A DNA stretch of 64,000 bases from Candidatus Dadabacteria bacterium (GCA_963805855.1 CAWDVW010000005.1:544001-608000), one strand, 5' to 3'. Positions 42,047 through 52,553 are shown, numbered from the stretch's first letter. A program made the numbers and translations. Notes: a model not told the origin generated them from the letters alone.

Positions 42047-42064
42047 AGAGGTAAATTTTTAATC

Positions 42065-43387
42065 ATGCGAATTGTAATAATAGGCGCAGGACAGGTCGGT
42101 AACTTTCTGGCAACAAATCTTTGCGCTGAACACGACATTATCGTGATCGAGAATAACAGAGAAAGGGCTGAGAAGATTAAGGAGAGTCACGATGTTTTAG
42201 TCATACAAGGAGAAGGCGATGACCCGTCCGTTCTGCGCGAAGCACAGATTGAGAAAGCCGACGTACTCCTCGCGGTTTCGGGCGATGATAGGGTTAATAT
42301 TATGTCTTCCTGTCTTGGATGTTCATATCAGGTTCCGAAGGTAATTCTTCGTATCAGGGATATACACTATCTGGAGTACCACTCCGTTCTGAAGAACTCG
42401 AAGGTTGATGTCGTTAATCCCGGGAAGATAATTTCAGAAAAAATAACAAGCCTGGTGAGTTCACCTTTCGCCTGGAAAACCGAAACCTTCGCCGCCGGGA
42501 AAATAAAAATGTTCAAACTGAAGATCAACGAGGAAACACCGATACGCGGTAAGAAGCTCAGCGAATTGGGACCAGCCAAGGCATGGATATTTGTCGCTGT
42601 TTCGAGAAACGGAAAGATAGCAATACCGACGGGGGAGACCAGGTTACAATCCGGTGATTATGTATTTGCACTAGGCACACCCGATATTATGGACAAGCTT
42701 AAAGAGCTATTTGCTGTTGAGGATGAAACAATTAAAACAGCAATTATTGTTGGAGGGGGTAGACTTGGAAGAAAAGTCGCAGGCTCCCTCGTCGAAAAAG
42801 GTCTGTCTGTAAAATTGATAGAGAGTGATTCAGAGAAAGCAAGAGTAGTAGCAGAAGAGCTACCTAAGGTTCGTGTCTTCAATGGTGACGCAACCGATCG
42901 TGAAACCTTGCAAGAGGCCGGCGCAGAATCTTCAGACAATTTTATTGCTCTTACGGGTGATGATGAAAAAAATGTTTTAAGTTCACTTTTGGCCAGAAGC
43001 CTAGGTGCTAAAAGAACAACCGTGCTCTACACAAAGCCAGATTATATTGACGTCATTGAGCGCATCGGCGTTGATAGAGCAATAAGTGTTAGACTTGCAA
43101 TTGCAAATGAGATATTAAGCCTTCTTCATATAGGCGGGGTGGCACACGTGGCCCTGGTAGAAGAGGGAAGAGCCGAAGTCTTGGAATTTGACATTTCTGG
43201 CAATGCTAAAATTCTAGGAACCCCGTTGAAAAATGCCCATTTCCCACATGGAGCTATCGTCGGTATTGCGGTTAGAGATAGCGAGGTTATTATACCGAGA
43301 GGGGATTTTACGCCCCAACAAAATGACAAGCTTATAATATTCGCTCTTCCAGAAGCGATAAAAAAAGTAGAGAAGATGCTCGGCTAG
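42065..43387 (+). CDS. trkA: Trk K+ uptake NAD-binding subunit
   Basis: Two RCK N/C repeats (GAGQVG and GGGRLG). Confidence 0.93.
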   Translation: MRIVIIGAGQVGNFLATNLCAEHDIIVIENNRERAEKIKESHDVLVIQGEGDDPSVLREAQIEKADVLLAVSGDDRVNIMSSCLGCSYQVPKVILRIRDIHYLEYHSVLKNSKVDVVNPGKIISEKITSLVSSPFAWKTETFAAGKIKMFKLKINEETPIRGKKLSELGPAKAWIFVAVSRNGKIAIPTGETRLQSGDYVFALGTPDIMDKLKELFAVEDETIKTAIIVGGGRLGRKVAGSLVEKGLSVKLIESDSEKARVVAEELPKVRVFNGDATDRETLQEAGAESSDNFIALTGDDEKNVLSSLLARSLGAKRTTVLYTKPDYIDVIERIGVDRAISVRLAIANEILSLLHIGGVAHVALVEEGRAEVLEFDISGNAKILGTPLKNAHFPHGAIVGIAVRDSEVIIPRGDFTPQQNDKLIIFALPEAIKKVEKMLG

Positions 43388-44841
43388 TGAATATTAAATC
43401 TTCACTCCATATTATTGGGAATTTTTTAAAATACCTGGGACTTCTCATGTTGCTACCAATCATCTGCTCTGTCATCTATAGAGAAGATGATCTCTGGGTA
43501 TTCATTGTCTCTGCTCTCATTACATCCGTATTCGGATTTACGCTAGAAATTCTAACCAGGACAACGGATAAAGCCTATGAATTCCAGAGGAAGGATGGGT
43601 TCCTTATAGCCAGTCTTTGCTGGATTACAGCAGCTCATTTCGGAGCGATACCCTACCTGCTATATGGTGTTCTTACAAATCCAATAGACGCTGTATTCGA
43701 AACCATAGCAGGATTTACAACAACAGGCGCAACCGTCATCAAGAATGTCGAAATTCTTCCCCACGGAATTTTATTCTGGAGAAATTTAACCCAATGGCTC
43801 GGAGGAATGGGGATAATCGTCCTTGGAATTGCCATACTTCCTCGTCTCGCAGTCGGTGGAATGCAACTGATGGCACTTGAGACCCCCGGCCCTACTAAAG
43901 AAAAAATCGCACCAAGGATTGTTGAAACCGCCAAAAAACTCTGGGGTGTCTATATTGTTTTCACACTCCTTCTGATACTATCGCTCTTTTTAGCAGGAAT
44001 GCCAATTTATGATTCCATCATTCATTCTTTTACAACGCTGTCAACGGGTGGATTCTCATCGAAGAATTTAAGCATCGCGGCATATAACAACCCAATTATA
44101 GAAGTCATAATTACTTTCTTTATGTTTATCGCTGGTGCGAACTTCGTCCTTCATTACGGGCTTTTTAGGGGCGAGGTCAAGAAATTCTATCAAAATCCGG
44201 AATTCCGTTTTTATTTCTTTGTAACTATTTTTGCAGTATTGGTCATTTCAATTCAACTTTGGGCGTATGAGTATCACAGCTTTTTAAATTCGCTCAGGTT
44301 TTCTTCGTTTCAAGTTTTATCAATAAGCACCACTACCGGATACACGACTACAAACTATGACCTTTGGCCTTCATTTTCGAAATGGGCATTATTGATCCTG
44401 ATGTTTGTTGGCGGATGTGCCGGATCCACCGCGGGGGCAATTAAAAGCATCAGGATAATGGTTTTATTTAAAAAGGGCTATAGAGAGGTTTATAAACTCA
44501 TATACCCAAAGGCGGTAATCCCAATAAGAGTCGGTAATACCCCAGTAAACGAGGATGTCGTTTCCAGTATAGCCAGTTTCTTCTTGCTGTATATCTTTAT
44601 TTTTCTAATAGCCTCTTTGTTGATTATGGGCATTGAAAACGAAGATATCATCACCACCATCTCGGCATGCGCAGCCACATTTGGCAACGTAGGACCCGGA
44701 CTTGGGAAAGTTGGTCCCATAGAACAGTACGGCTATCTGTCCAATTTTACAAAGGTCATACTATCCTTACTAATGCTTATCGGAAGATTAGAGCTTTTTA
44801 CAATCCTCGTACTTTTTACACCAGCTTATTGGAAAAATTGA
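43387..44841 (+). CDS. trkH: Trk K+ uptake membrane subunit
   Basis: [30 protein letters not shown] and GRLE motifs. Confidence 0.95.
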   Translation: MNIKSSLHIIGNFLKYLGLLMLLPIICSVIYREDDLWVFIVSALITSVFGFTLEILTRTTDKAYEFQRKDGFLIASLCWITAAHFGAIPYLLYGVLTNPIDAVFETIAGFTTTGATVIKNVEILPHGILFWRNLTQWLGGMGIIVLGIAILPRLAVGGMQLMALETPGPTKEKIAPRIVETAKKLWGVYIVFTLLLILSLFLAGMPIYDSIIHSFTTLSTGGFSSKNLSIAAYNNPIIEVIITFFMFIAGANFVLHYGLFRGEVKKFYQNPEFRFYFFVTIFAVLVISIQLWAYEYHSFLNSLRFSSFQVLSISTTTGYTTTNYDLWPSFSKWALLILMFVGGCAGSTAGAIKSIRIMVLFKKGYREVYKLIYPKAVIPIRVGNTPVNEDVVSSIASFFLLYIFIFLIASLLIMGIENEDIITTISACAATFGNVGPGLGKVGPIEQYGYLSNFTKVILSLLMLIGRLELFTILVLFTPAYWKN

Positions 44842-45113
44842 TATTCTACAATTATTGCGATTTAAATCACGCTGCCTTAATTGTAGATCATTTGTCCACG
44901 GTTCTAAATGATGTCATTTGACAGTCTCGTAGTTCTTTCAATTGTTATGAAAGTTATGGTATGATTGAGTCGGTCTGTTGATTGGGCGATTGCTGGTATG
45001 TTACGCGCCCCAACCGAAGATGGCGGATTTTGAATTGCGACGATTTAGTCAAGAATATTCTGATGGCGATTATATTCCTTGATGAAGTGACTTAATATTT
45101 AAATTTCAACCGC

Positions 45114-46034
45114 ATGAAAGTTATTTTCGACCCTAAAGAAAAGATTAAAGAATCGACTTCTGCAACTATCGGCATATTTGATGGCGTGCATCTTGGTCAC
45201 AAAAGCATAATAGGTCTTATGCGAAAGAATGCCGCTAGAAATAGCTGTAGTTCATGTGTTATCACGTTTTTTCCTCATCCACAAAAGGTTCTGCGAGGAA
45301 TTGATATGCCTCTTATTGTTCCTCTCAAAGAAAGATTCAGGTTACTGGAAAAAGAGGGAGTTGACATTGCTGTTTGCTTTAACTTTACGAAAGCCTTTTC
45401 AAAAATCTCAGCTAAGGACTTCGTTAAAGACTATTTAGTCGGAAAGATAAACATTAAAACTATATTTATCGGACCCGATTTATTTTTTGGAAGAAACCGA
45501 GAAGGGAATCTCGAGCTGCTGAAATCTATGGGGAAATCATTCGACTTTGAAACCCGAACTGTTCGACCAGTCTATTTTGAGGATGAATTGATAAGCAGTA
45601 CAGCAATCAGGGAGTTCATCGAGGATGGGAACGTGAAAAAGGCAGCAAATTTCCTTGGAGATTGCTTTAGCGTCGAAGGCAACGTAAAAGAAGGTGAAAG
45701 GAGAGGGAGAGAGCTTGGATTCCCGACTGCTAATCTAGATACGGATTGGGAACTGCTACCTAAGAATGGCGTTTACATAACCTGGGCAGAAATGGACGGA
45801 AAGAAATTTAAGAGCATAACAAACGTTGGCACTCGACCAACCTTTGGAAAGAATCAGCTACTTGTAGAAACACACATAATCGCCTTCAAAGGCGACGTCT
45901 ATGGAAAATCAATTAGGGTTTCATTCATTGACAGGCTTCGAGACGAGAAGCGATTCGCCAACGTTGAGTCACTCGTCTCTCAAATCTCGACCGATGTCGA
46001 AAACGCAAAAAAGGTATTTGCAGAGCTGGGTTAA
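45114..46034 (+). CDS. ribF: Riboflavin kinase / FAD synthetase
   Basis: FDGVHLGH, ISST and GRELGFPTAN motifs. Confidence 0.96.
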   Translation: MKVIFDPKEKIKESTSATIGIFDGVHLGHKSIIGLMRKNAARNSCSSCVITFFPHPQKVLRGIDMPLIVPLKERFRLLEKEGVDIAVCFNFTKAFSKISAKDFVKDYLVGKINIKTIFIGPDLFFGRNREGNLELLKSMGKSFDFETRTVRPVYFEDELISSTAIREFIEDGNVKKAANFLGDCFSVEGNVKEGERRGRELGFPTANLDTDWELLPKNGVYITWAEMDGKKFKSITNVGTRPTFGKNQLLVETHIIAFKGDVYGKSIRVSFIDRLRDEKRFANVESLVSQISTDVENAKKVFAELG

Positions 46035-46123
46035 AAGACATGTAACTGAAATCGATCCGCTTCAATTAATTGCCAATATACATCTGAGAATACTTTCTGT
46101 AATATTAAAAAAGAGGGTAAACC

Positions 46124-46975
46124 TTGCACGTAAGAGCAACCACCAAGGTATACGGAATATTCGGACATCCGGTTAGCCATAGCCTTTCCCCCATAATGCA
46201 TAATGCAGCCTTTAGGAAATTAAATCTAGATTGTGTATACGTCGCCTTCGATATACATCCAAATAATCTAGAATCAGCTACACACGCCATAAAATCAATG
46301 GGAATATCGGGAGTCAACGTGACAATTCCACATAAGGAAAGAATAATTTCACTCCTCGACGGAACCTCTCCCGAAGTATCACTTACCGGCGCTGTCAATA
46401 CCGTAAAGAATAAGAACGGGAATCTTACCGGATATAACACCGATGTAGAGGGGTTTCTAACGGCGATAAAAGAAGATTTTGGAGTGACTCCGAAAGGCTT
46501 AAGGATATTTTTACTGGGAGCCGGGGGAGCGGCGCGAGCGGTCCTTACCGCATTATGCATGACTGGGGCTTCAGAGATATATTTAATCAATAGGACATTA
46601 GACAAAGCAAATACACTAGCATTTGAATTTAAAAAATCTTACCACGACGTATCAATAGACCCATACGCCCTGGAAGACACAGACTCTGTCGAACGATCAC
46701 TGAGGACTGCAGACCTGTTAATCAATGCTAGTTCCTCAGGTATGGAAGGAGTGGCTTCTATAACGCTACAATTGGAATTATTACCAAAACAATCGCTGGT
46801 ATATGACCTGGTATATAAGCCCAGAGACACTGCTCTGTTAAGCAAAGCGAAGGAATTAGGACTCAGATCAGCCGGCGGGATAAGTATGCTCCTTTACCAG
46901 GGCGCAAAAAGCTTTGAGATCTGGACAGGAGAGATGGCACCCGTGGATGAAATGAGAAAAGCTATAGAATTTTGA
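46124..46975 (+). CDS. aroE: Shikimate dehydrogenase
   Basis: HSLSP.MHN, NVTIPHK, GAVNT, NTD and GAGGAA motifs. Confidence 0.96.
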   Translation: MHVRATTKVYGIFGHPVSHSLSPIMHNAAFRKLNLDCVYVAFDIHPNNLESATHAIKSMGISGVNVTIPHKERIISLLDGTSPEVSLTGAVNTVKNKNGNLTGYNTDVEGFLTAIKEDFGVTPKGLRIFLLGAGGAARAVLTALCMTGASEIYLINRTLDKANTLAFEFKKSYHDVSIDPYALEDTDSVERSLRTADLLINASSSGMEGVASITLQLELLPKQSLVYDLVYKPRDTALLSKAKELGLRSAGGISMLLYQGAKSFEIWTGEMAPVDEMRKAIEF

Positions 46976-46995
46976 CCACGCCACCCTTTGGGTAG

Positions 46996-47053
46996 GTCAT
47001 GAGTCTTGCTCGTGACAATTGATGATCCCACCTGCAAGCCCGGTGGGCTACCC
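46996..47053. repeat. GTAG-type REP doublet
   Basis: gtaggtcatgagtcttgctcgtgac ... cccacctgcaagcccggtgggctac. Confidence 0.5.
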
Positions 47054-47142
47054 ATGTTGGCAATTTCTACCCTTTATGAGATAATTTGGAACAAGATACA
47101 TGTGGTTTCTAAATCAGGCATCCCGGGAGGTATTGAAATACT

Positions 47143-47388
47143 ATGAAGGTTATCAGCCCCGCAGGTGAATTTGATTTTATTGTAAAGGGTTCTTCGGTTG
47201 AGGACGAATTTGTTGTCCTGAAGGGGCAAATGGGGGTATGGGATTCAAAGATTTACCTCAGTCCAAATGATATTTGGTTCTTCGCATCAATATTTTTTCG
47301 TCCTGCGGTTTTGGCCTTTCTCGTTAAGCTTCCATTTAGATACCTTTTCGGTCACGACGCAAAGAAAAGAGAAGATAAAGAGGATTAG
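47143..47388 (+). CDS. Small hypothetical protein
   Basis: 81 aa, GGAGG SD upstream, protein-like composition (GQMGVW). Confidence 0.65.
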   Translation: MKVISPAGEFDFIVKGSSVEDEFVVLKGQMGVWDSKIYLSPNDIWFFASIFFRPAVLAFLVKLPFRYLFGHDAKKREDKED

Positions 47389-47439
47389 GTGACAGAACGA
47401 CTAACGCGTTTAAGAGCCCCAACCTTCCCGTCGAGTAAA

Positions 47440-47590
47440 GGCACGCTGCAGCGTGCCCCCTACATTTGAACGTTTCCAATCAGCAGATGTAAGAGTCGCC
47501 GCCCATATCTAACGAACGTTTGGAAAACGGCCTCTACAATTTTCCTTGTCGATTGTCAACCAATTGTCGCGGCTGAAAGCCGCTCCTACA
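47440..47590 (-). repeat. Cluster of different GTAG-type REP palindromes
   Basis: Perfect 18-bp palindrome ggcacgctgcagcgtgcc followed by ccctaca; gcggctgaaagccgc followed by tcctaca. Confidence 0.7.
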
Positions 47591-47654
47591 GACTTTCGAA
47601 TAAGAATAGAGTCCCATCACCTAACGGATGATGTGTTGTGGATTGACGACGGGA

Positions 47655-48635
47655 TCATTCTCTGCATTTCAAGACTTCAGGGTTTACGAGATTTTTCGGA
47701 ATATCTCCGCTCAGCGCTGACACCACATTCCGAACAGCCATGTCTGACATCTTTGCTCTAGTTTCAAGCGAAGCACTCCCGACGTGTGGAAGCAATACAA
47801 CGTTCTTCATATTTAACAAGTTCTTTTCAACCTCGGGTTCCTTCTCATAAACGTCAAGTCCGGCCCCCCATATAAATCCCTTCTCAAGAGCCTCTGCTAA
47901 TTCCTTTTCCTTTACAATCGGCCCCCGACTAATATTCACCAGTATTGAATCATGCTTCATGCTCTTGAATTCACCAAGACCAAATCGCCCTCTGGTGCTA
48001 TCAGTAAGAGGAACCGTTATCACGAGAAAATCCGATTCCTCGAGAAGGTTCTTGAAATTGACCAAAGTACATCCAGTTTCTTCCTCAGCGTCAAAGTTTC
48101 TACTTCTACTGTGGTATATCACTCTCATACCAAAACCGTTTGATCTCCCGGCCACGGCCCTTCCTATTCTGCCCATCCCGTAAATACCCAAGGTTTTTCC
48201 GTGTACATCAAGCCCCAGGAGAAAATTCGGCCCCCACCTTTTGAATCCCCCTTCTCTTACAACTTTATCTCCCTCGACAACCCTTCTAGCAACGGCAAAC
48301 ATTAAAGCCCATGCCAAATCCGCAGTTGTATCCGTTAGCACATCCGGAGTATTGGTGACAAATATTCCCTCTTTTGTCGCGTAGGAAACCTCAATATTCT
48401 CAAATCCCACTCCATAGTTAGAAATGATCGCGAGATCGGGGCAATGATCTATTATTTCTCTATCTATCTGATTCGAAACAGTCGAGATGATCGCACAGGC
48501 ATCCTTCGCACCTTCTATTATCTCACTCTTTGTGGGTAGATCTTCTTTGTCAAAAATCTCTACATCGAAATTATTCTTAAGATCATCAACTGCTCTTCCG
48601 GGTAGCTTATTTGAAGTTACGAAGACCTTCTTCAT
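47655..48635 (-). CDS. D-2-hydroxyacid dehydrogenase (glyoxylate/hydroxypyruvate reductase family)
   Basis: TNTPDVLT, GMGRIG, NISRG, GLDVYEKEP and PHVGSA motifs. Confidence 0.93.
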   Translation of the reverse strand: MKKVFVTSNKLPGRAVDDLKNNFDVEIFDKEDLPTKSEIIEGAKDACAIISTVSNQIDREIIDHCPDLAIISNYGVGFENIEVSYATKEGIFVTNTPDVLTDTTADLAWALMFAVARRVVEGDKVVREGGFKRWGPNFLLGLDVHGKTLGIYGMGRIGRAVAGRSNGFGMRVIYHSRSRNFDAEEETGCTLVNFKNLLEESDFLVITVPLTDSTRGRFGLGEFKSMKHDSILVNISRGPIVKEKELAEALEKGFIWGAGLDVYEKEPEVEKNLLNMKNVVLLPHVGSASLETRAKMSDMAVRNVVSALSGDIPKNLVNPEVLKCRE

Positions 48636-48809
48636 TTATTGTTCAGCCACGAAGACACTAGGACACGAAGTTAGAACGGTTCAGGATCAATGATTCAAAG
48701 TCTTTGGCGCCCGGATATCTGTCTTATTTCTTCCGTTTTTAGGATCATACAAATTTGATATTCCTTTTTTGTGTCTTTGCGACTTAGTGGCGAGCAGACA
48801 TTATGCATG

Positions 48810-50117
48810 TTATTTCTCAAATGGATCAGGAATTTCCGGGTGCCAAAGACGGAAGTGATTCTTATGGTTACTCGTATAGGCTCCCTCGGGATAGAACTGG
48901 TCATAAAAATCCAAATCGAGATGGTGCGCTTGAACCATGAATCGCAAGAACATAGGATCCGAAAAAGCAGGAAATCTCCCATAGGTATCATAAACATAGT
49001 TGCAAATATCCTTTACAATTTGGATCTCCTCTTTAGTCGGTCTCTCAATCTCCTGAACTACGCCTTCCGGATTTTTATAAGGCATCTTGTGAGATTCCCA
49101 GTTGCTCCACTTTAAATCGTTTAATGCCTCAACAGCTTCACCCATATCCTTGAAATAAGGGGGGCAGAATGCCTGAAAAAGGCCGTCTTTACCAACTGCT
49201 ACAGGGTTAGGATTCCCGGTATCCCCTTTTATCTGGGGTGTCATAAATCTAAAACCCAGACCCTTAAAGAAGGGTGTCCCCCCGAGCACGAACATGCTCG
49301 CAAACCCGCTAAATAACCATCCACCGAGTCCAAGCGTTTGAAGAGCAAGTACCATATTCTGTCCCATGAATGCCTGCTCCGCTATATAACCATTGGCAAA
49401 CCTGAGTTCGGCTTCGATCAGGGGCATCCTCTTGCCCTCATCTATTAGCCCCTTCTTGATCCATCCCTCAGTTCCCGGAGGTCTCATACCGTGCAATTCA
49501 TCTACAAAATTAAACCTGTGGTCTGGTCTCATATAGAAGAAATAGAGGTTTATTATACAAGCCGTGAGATCTGTGACAGGCATAAACAAAGTTGTTCCGG
49601 GCTTATTTACGTTCCAGAGATTGTGTGCGGCAATTCCAGGAGGTCGGCTAGGCAGATCGGCACGCTTATCTTCTAATTTTATCCTCGATTCCGTGAATAA
49701 TTCTAGAATCCTATCTACCCTTTCCTCGCGACTAAGCGCCTCAAGCCCCATAAAATTATCTGGCTTCTTATCATGCATTTTGATCATATAGGTGCCGTCG
49801 TCATTCGTGTAGAAAAGCTCTGTTCTGTGAACATCGCCTAACGCAGGTATGGTTTTACTCGTAAATTGCATCTCGAGATCGAGTCCCACATGCGGCGGAA
49901 AATCAGAGAGGTTTATGCTTTTTATTCCCAATCCTGTCCAAACAAGTAAAGCCTCCTCAAGTTCAGTTAATGCCACCGGGTGATGTCTTGATTTATATTT
50001 GAGGGGTCCCTTATCAATCTCCATTCCAAGACCGAATCTCCGAGACCTGCGTTGAAAAACTGCGTCATTGAATCTATATTCAAGCGCCACATTTAGACCT
50101 TCTGGATGCTTACTCAT
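48810..50117 (-). CDS. Large hypothetical protein with nitroreductase-superfamily motifs
   Basis: RRSRRF near the N-terminus and QNMVLALQTLGLGGW near the C-terminus. Confidence 0.6.
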   Translation of the reverse strand: MSKHPEGLNVALEYRFNDAVFQRRSRRFGLGMEIDKGPLKYKSRHHPVALTELEEALLVWTGLGIKSINLSDFPPHVGLDLEMQFTSKTIPALGDVHRTELFYTNDDGTYMIKMHDKKPDNFMGLEALSREERVDRILELFTESRIKLEDKRADLPSRPPGIAAHNLWNVNKPGTTLFMPVTDLTACIINLYFFYMRPDHRFNFVDELHGMRPPGTEGWIKKGLIDEGKRMPLIEAELRFANGYIAEQAFMGQNMVLALQTLGLGGWLFSGFASMFVLGGTPFFKGLGFRFMTPQIKGDTGNPNPVAVGKDGLFQAFCPPYFKDMGEAVEALNDLKWSNWESHKMPYKNPEGVVQEIERPTKEEIQIVKDICNYVYDTYGRFPAFSDPMFLRFMVQAHHLDLDFYDQFYPEGAYTSNHKNHFRLWHPEIPDPFEK

Positions 50118-50334
50118 AAGTTAATTCCCCTCTTAGAATATTTATTGGTGACCGAAAAAGGCACATGATACTCGATACCTGATGAACGATATATCTTGTA
50201 TTGTGCATAATAAATACCGTATCCTCCAATCGTCATAGGCTTCAAGGTGTCAGAAAAAAACGAATCTTAGTTTAACAAATCGTTAATTATTATCCAAAAT
50301 ATTTAATTTTCCTAGTTGTTCTTTATACTTTAAT

Positions 50335-51087
50335 ATGATCAAGCTAATAGAAACGAAGAGACATATTTTCAGCAGAATTATTACGTCCAACCTAATTTGT
50401 ATTATTCTTTGTGTCATTGGGGCATTGGGCTGTGCATCCCGTTCTCTAGTCCCAATTTCAGATAGTGGAATTGCATACCCGGAAGTGCTAAGGGCCAGCA
50501 AGACTCTGGGGAATGTAACAGTTGTAGTAAATTCCTCTCCCTGGCAGGGTTCACCCGATAACCTTGAGCGCTATATAACGCCAATCTATGTCGAAATACA
50601 AAATAACGGGCCAAGCCCTCTAAACCTTAGTTACGATGATTTTGTATTGATTGACCAAAACCGCACACAGTTTAATCCACTCACTCCCCAACTTGTTGCC
50701 GATACACTTAAGACTGTGTCAGACAGCTATTTCGCCTACGGACCAAATTATCCCACGGTTTCGATCGGATTAGGGTTCGGTTATTTCTCAGGTGGTCCCT
50801 TTTACGGTGGCGTGCCTTTCTATGGGCCTTACTACAGCCCATTCTTCATCTACGGGGACTACCCTCTCGGGTACTATCCGCCAGCCTACTACTCTCCTCC
50901 GCCGGTCGGAAATGTCTACACAAAAGCACTTATCCCAGGACAGATAAATCCAAACGCAAAACTTCAGGGCTATGTTTACTTCCAAAAGCTGCCCAAGGAA
51001 GTTACCCAAGTCACACTCGATGTCGGATATCAAATTAAGGGAGAAGTGAAAAGCCGTATGCTCAGCTTCCCTTTTGAATACAGGTAG
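50335..51087 (+). CDS. Putative lipoprotein with a Tyr/Gly/Pro-rich insert
   Basis: Hydrophobic signal ending ALG-C; low-complexity GGPFYGGVPFYGPYY region. Confidence 0.65.
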   Translation: MIKLIETKRHIFSRIITSNLICIILCVIGALGCASRSLVPISDSGIAYPEVLRASKTLGNVTVVVNSSPWQGSPDNLERYITPIYVEIQNNGPSPLNLSYDDFVLIDQNRTQFNPLTPQLVADTLKTVSDSYFAYGPNYPTVSIGLGFGYFSGGPFYGGVPFYGPYYSPFFIYGDYPLGYYPPAYYSPPPVGNVYTKALIPGQINPNAKLQGYVYFQKLPKEVTQVTLDVGYQIKGEVKSRMLSFPFEYR

Positions 51088-51124
51088 ACCGATTCATAAA
51101 GTCGATTTAAACCAATAATAAAGG

Positions 51125-51931
51125 CTAAAGATCCTTTTTCAATTTCTCGAAGTAGTCCGCCGCGTGTCTCAGTCGGCTACCGTACCAAGAAAACATCGTC
51201 CCATCCACAAGCTTTATTATGGTTGAAGGGAATCTTTCTCTAAACTCATTCAGATGTTTAGCTTTAAAAGGAAAGGGTTCCGATGAAAGAAAAATTGCAC
51301 CGGGACTTGCATCTCTTATTTGATCCAATGTCACCTCTGGATACCTATCCAAGGAGTTAAAGACGTTTACAAATCCAAATTGGCGCAACATGTGATCGAT
51401 AAATGTGTTTTTTCCTGCAACCATATACGGTCTATTCCAGATAAAATAGGCGACCTTTACACCTGAGTTAGCCTTAAACTGTTTGATTTTTGACCTAATT
51501 TCAGAAACCATCGTATGAGCTTCCTTATTTTTGCCTACCATTTGTCCGACAGTCTCAATCATTTGATATGCATCCTCTAAGGAATTAACGTCGCTCATCC
51601 AAACAGTGTATTTTGACCTGAGTCGTTCAATTCCCGCTTTATAATTCTCTTCTTTATTACCGATAATAAGGTCTGGCTTCATTTTGTCAATCAGATCGAA
51701 ATTAAACCTTTTTGTACCCCCGATCTTTATCTTTTTAGCACACTTTCCCGCCGGATGGATGCAAAATCTGGTAACTCCAATTACTTCTTTATCCAACCCC
51801 AGGTCAAAGAGCAGTTCAGTTTGGGAGGGAACTAGAGAAATAATTCTTCGTGGAGTCCCCGCTAGGAATATAGTTCCACCTAATTGGTCTTTAATCTGCT
51901 TTAACGTGATTTTTCCGGGGAAATGCCCCAT
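51125..51931 (-). CDS. Helical-backbone metal/cobalamin-binding protein (BtuF-like)
   Basis: RIISLVPSQTELL, GVTRFCIHP, GGTK, KEEN and FSWYGSR motifs. Confidence 0.82.
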   Translation of the reverse strand: MGHFPGKITLKQIKDQLGGTIFLAGTPRRIISLVPSQTELLFDLGLDKEVIGVTRFCIHPAGKCAKKIKIGGTKRFNFDLIDKMKPDLIIGNKEENYKAGIERLRSKYTVWMSDVNSLEDAYQMIETVGQMVGKNKEAHTMVSEIRSKIKQFKANSGVKVAYFIWNRPYMVAGKNTFIDHMLRQFGFVNVFNSLDRYPEVTLDQIRDASPGAIFLSSEPFPFKAKHLNEFRERFPSTIIKLVDGTMFSWYGSRLRHAADYFEKLKKDL

Positions 51932-52038
51932 AGATCTTATTTAAATAAATGGGATAAAGTTTCCAAACTCAGGTAGACGAGAACCACCCACATGGGATTT
52001 AGGGCTGTATAATTCTTGTAAATTGGCAAGTCATTCGA

Positions 52039-52416
52039 TCAACAAGTCGTGTGAAACAACCCCCCTACGCTCCTATAATTCCTAAGCTTATTATACAGTC
52101 GAACAGCCTCTTCCGTTTGGAGAACATGAGCAGAGATATTTCGATCCTTCAACATTTGCAGTGTATCAGGGCAAACCTCTAATCTTTCGAACATACCCTT
52201 TGATAAAATCACTTCTTCGGCACCCTTCTCGATCAGCTCTTCAACATCTGCGGGCTGAATTCCCGGCACATGTTCTGTTCCAGTCTCGCTCCAATCCCAT
52301 TCTCTTACGCCCCCTGGATATAATTTTGCATCTCTAAATGGCATTTCATGACCCTCTACTTCTATCCGTCCCCAGGAGATGTGAGTAATTTTTGGGGCAT
52401 TTTTCCGTTTAACCAA
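52039..52416 (-). CDS. Mth938-like (DUF498/AAMDC) protein
   Basis: WDWSETGTEH.PG.QPADV, LQTEEAV..YN and GGLFHTTC motifs. Confidence 0.88.
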   Translation of the reverse strand: MVKRKNAPKITHISWGRIEVEGHEMPFRDAKLYPGGVREWDWSETGTEHVPGIQPADVEELIEKGAEEVILSKGMFERLEVCPDTLQMLKDRNISAHVLQTEEAVRLYNKLRNYRSVGGLFHTTC

Positions 52417-52553
52417 AGGTCACCCCCAAATTTATCGTTACCAGCATAAATTTAATAACTATTATTGAAAAATCAGTACCACCGATTGTAAAGTCCTCAA
52501 TTGATGAAGCCCGCGGCATTACTCTATTAAGTTATACGCGTAAGCTATAAAGA

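Noticed and set aside
44842-45113. FMN riboswitch upstream of ribF (and of ribD at 2933-2989)
   Set aside because: RFN consensus segments are absent; only a weak hairpin near 44970-45016
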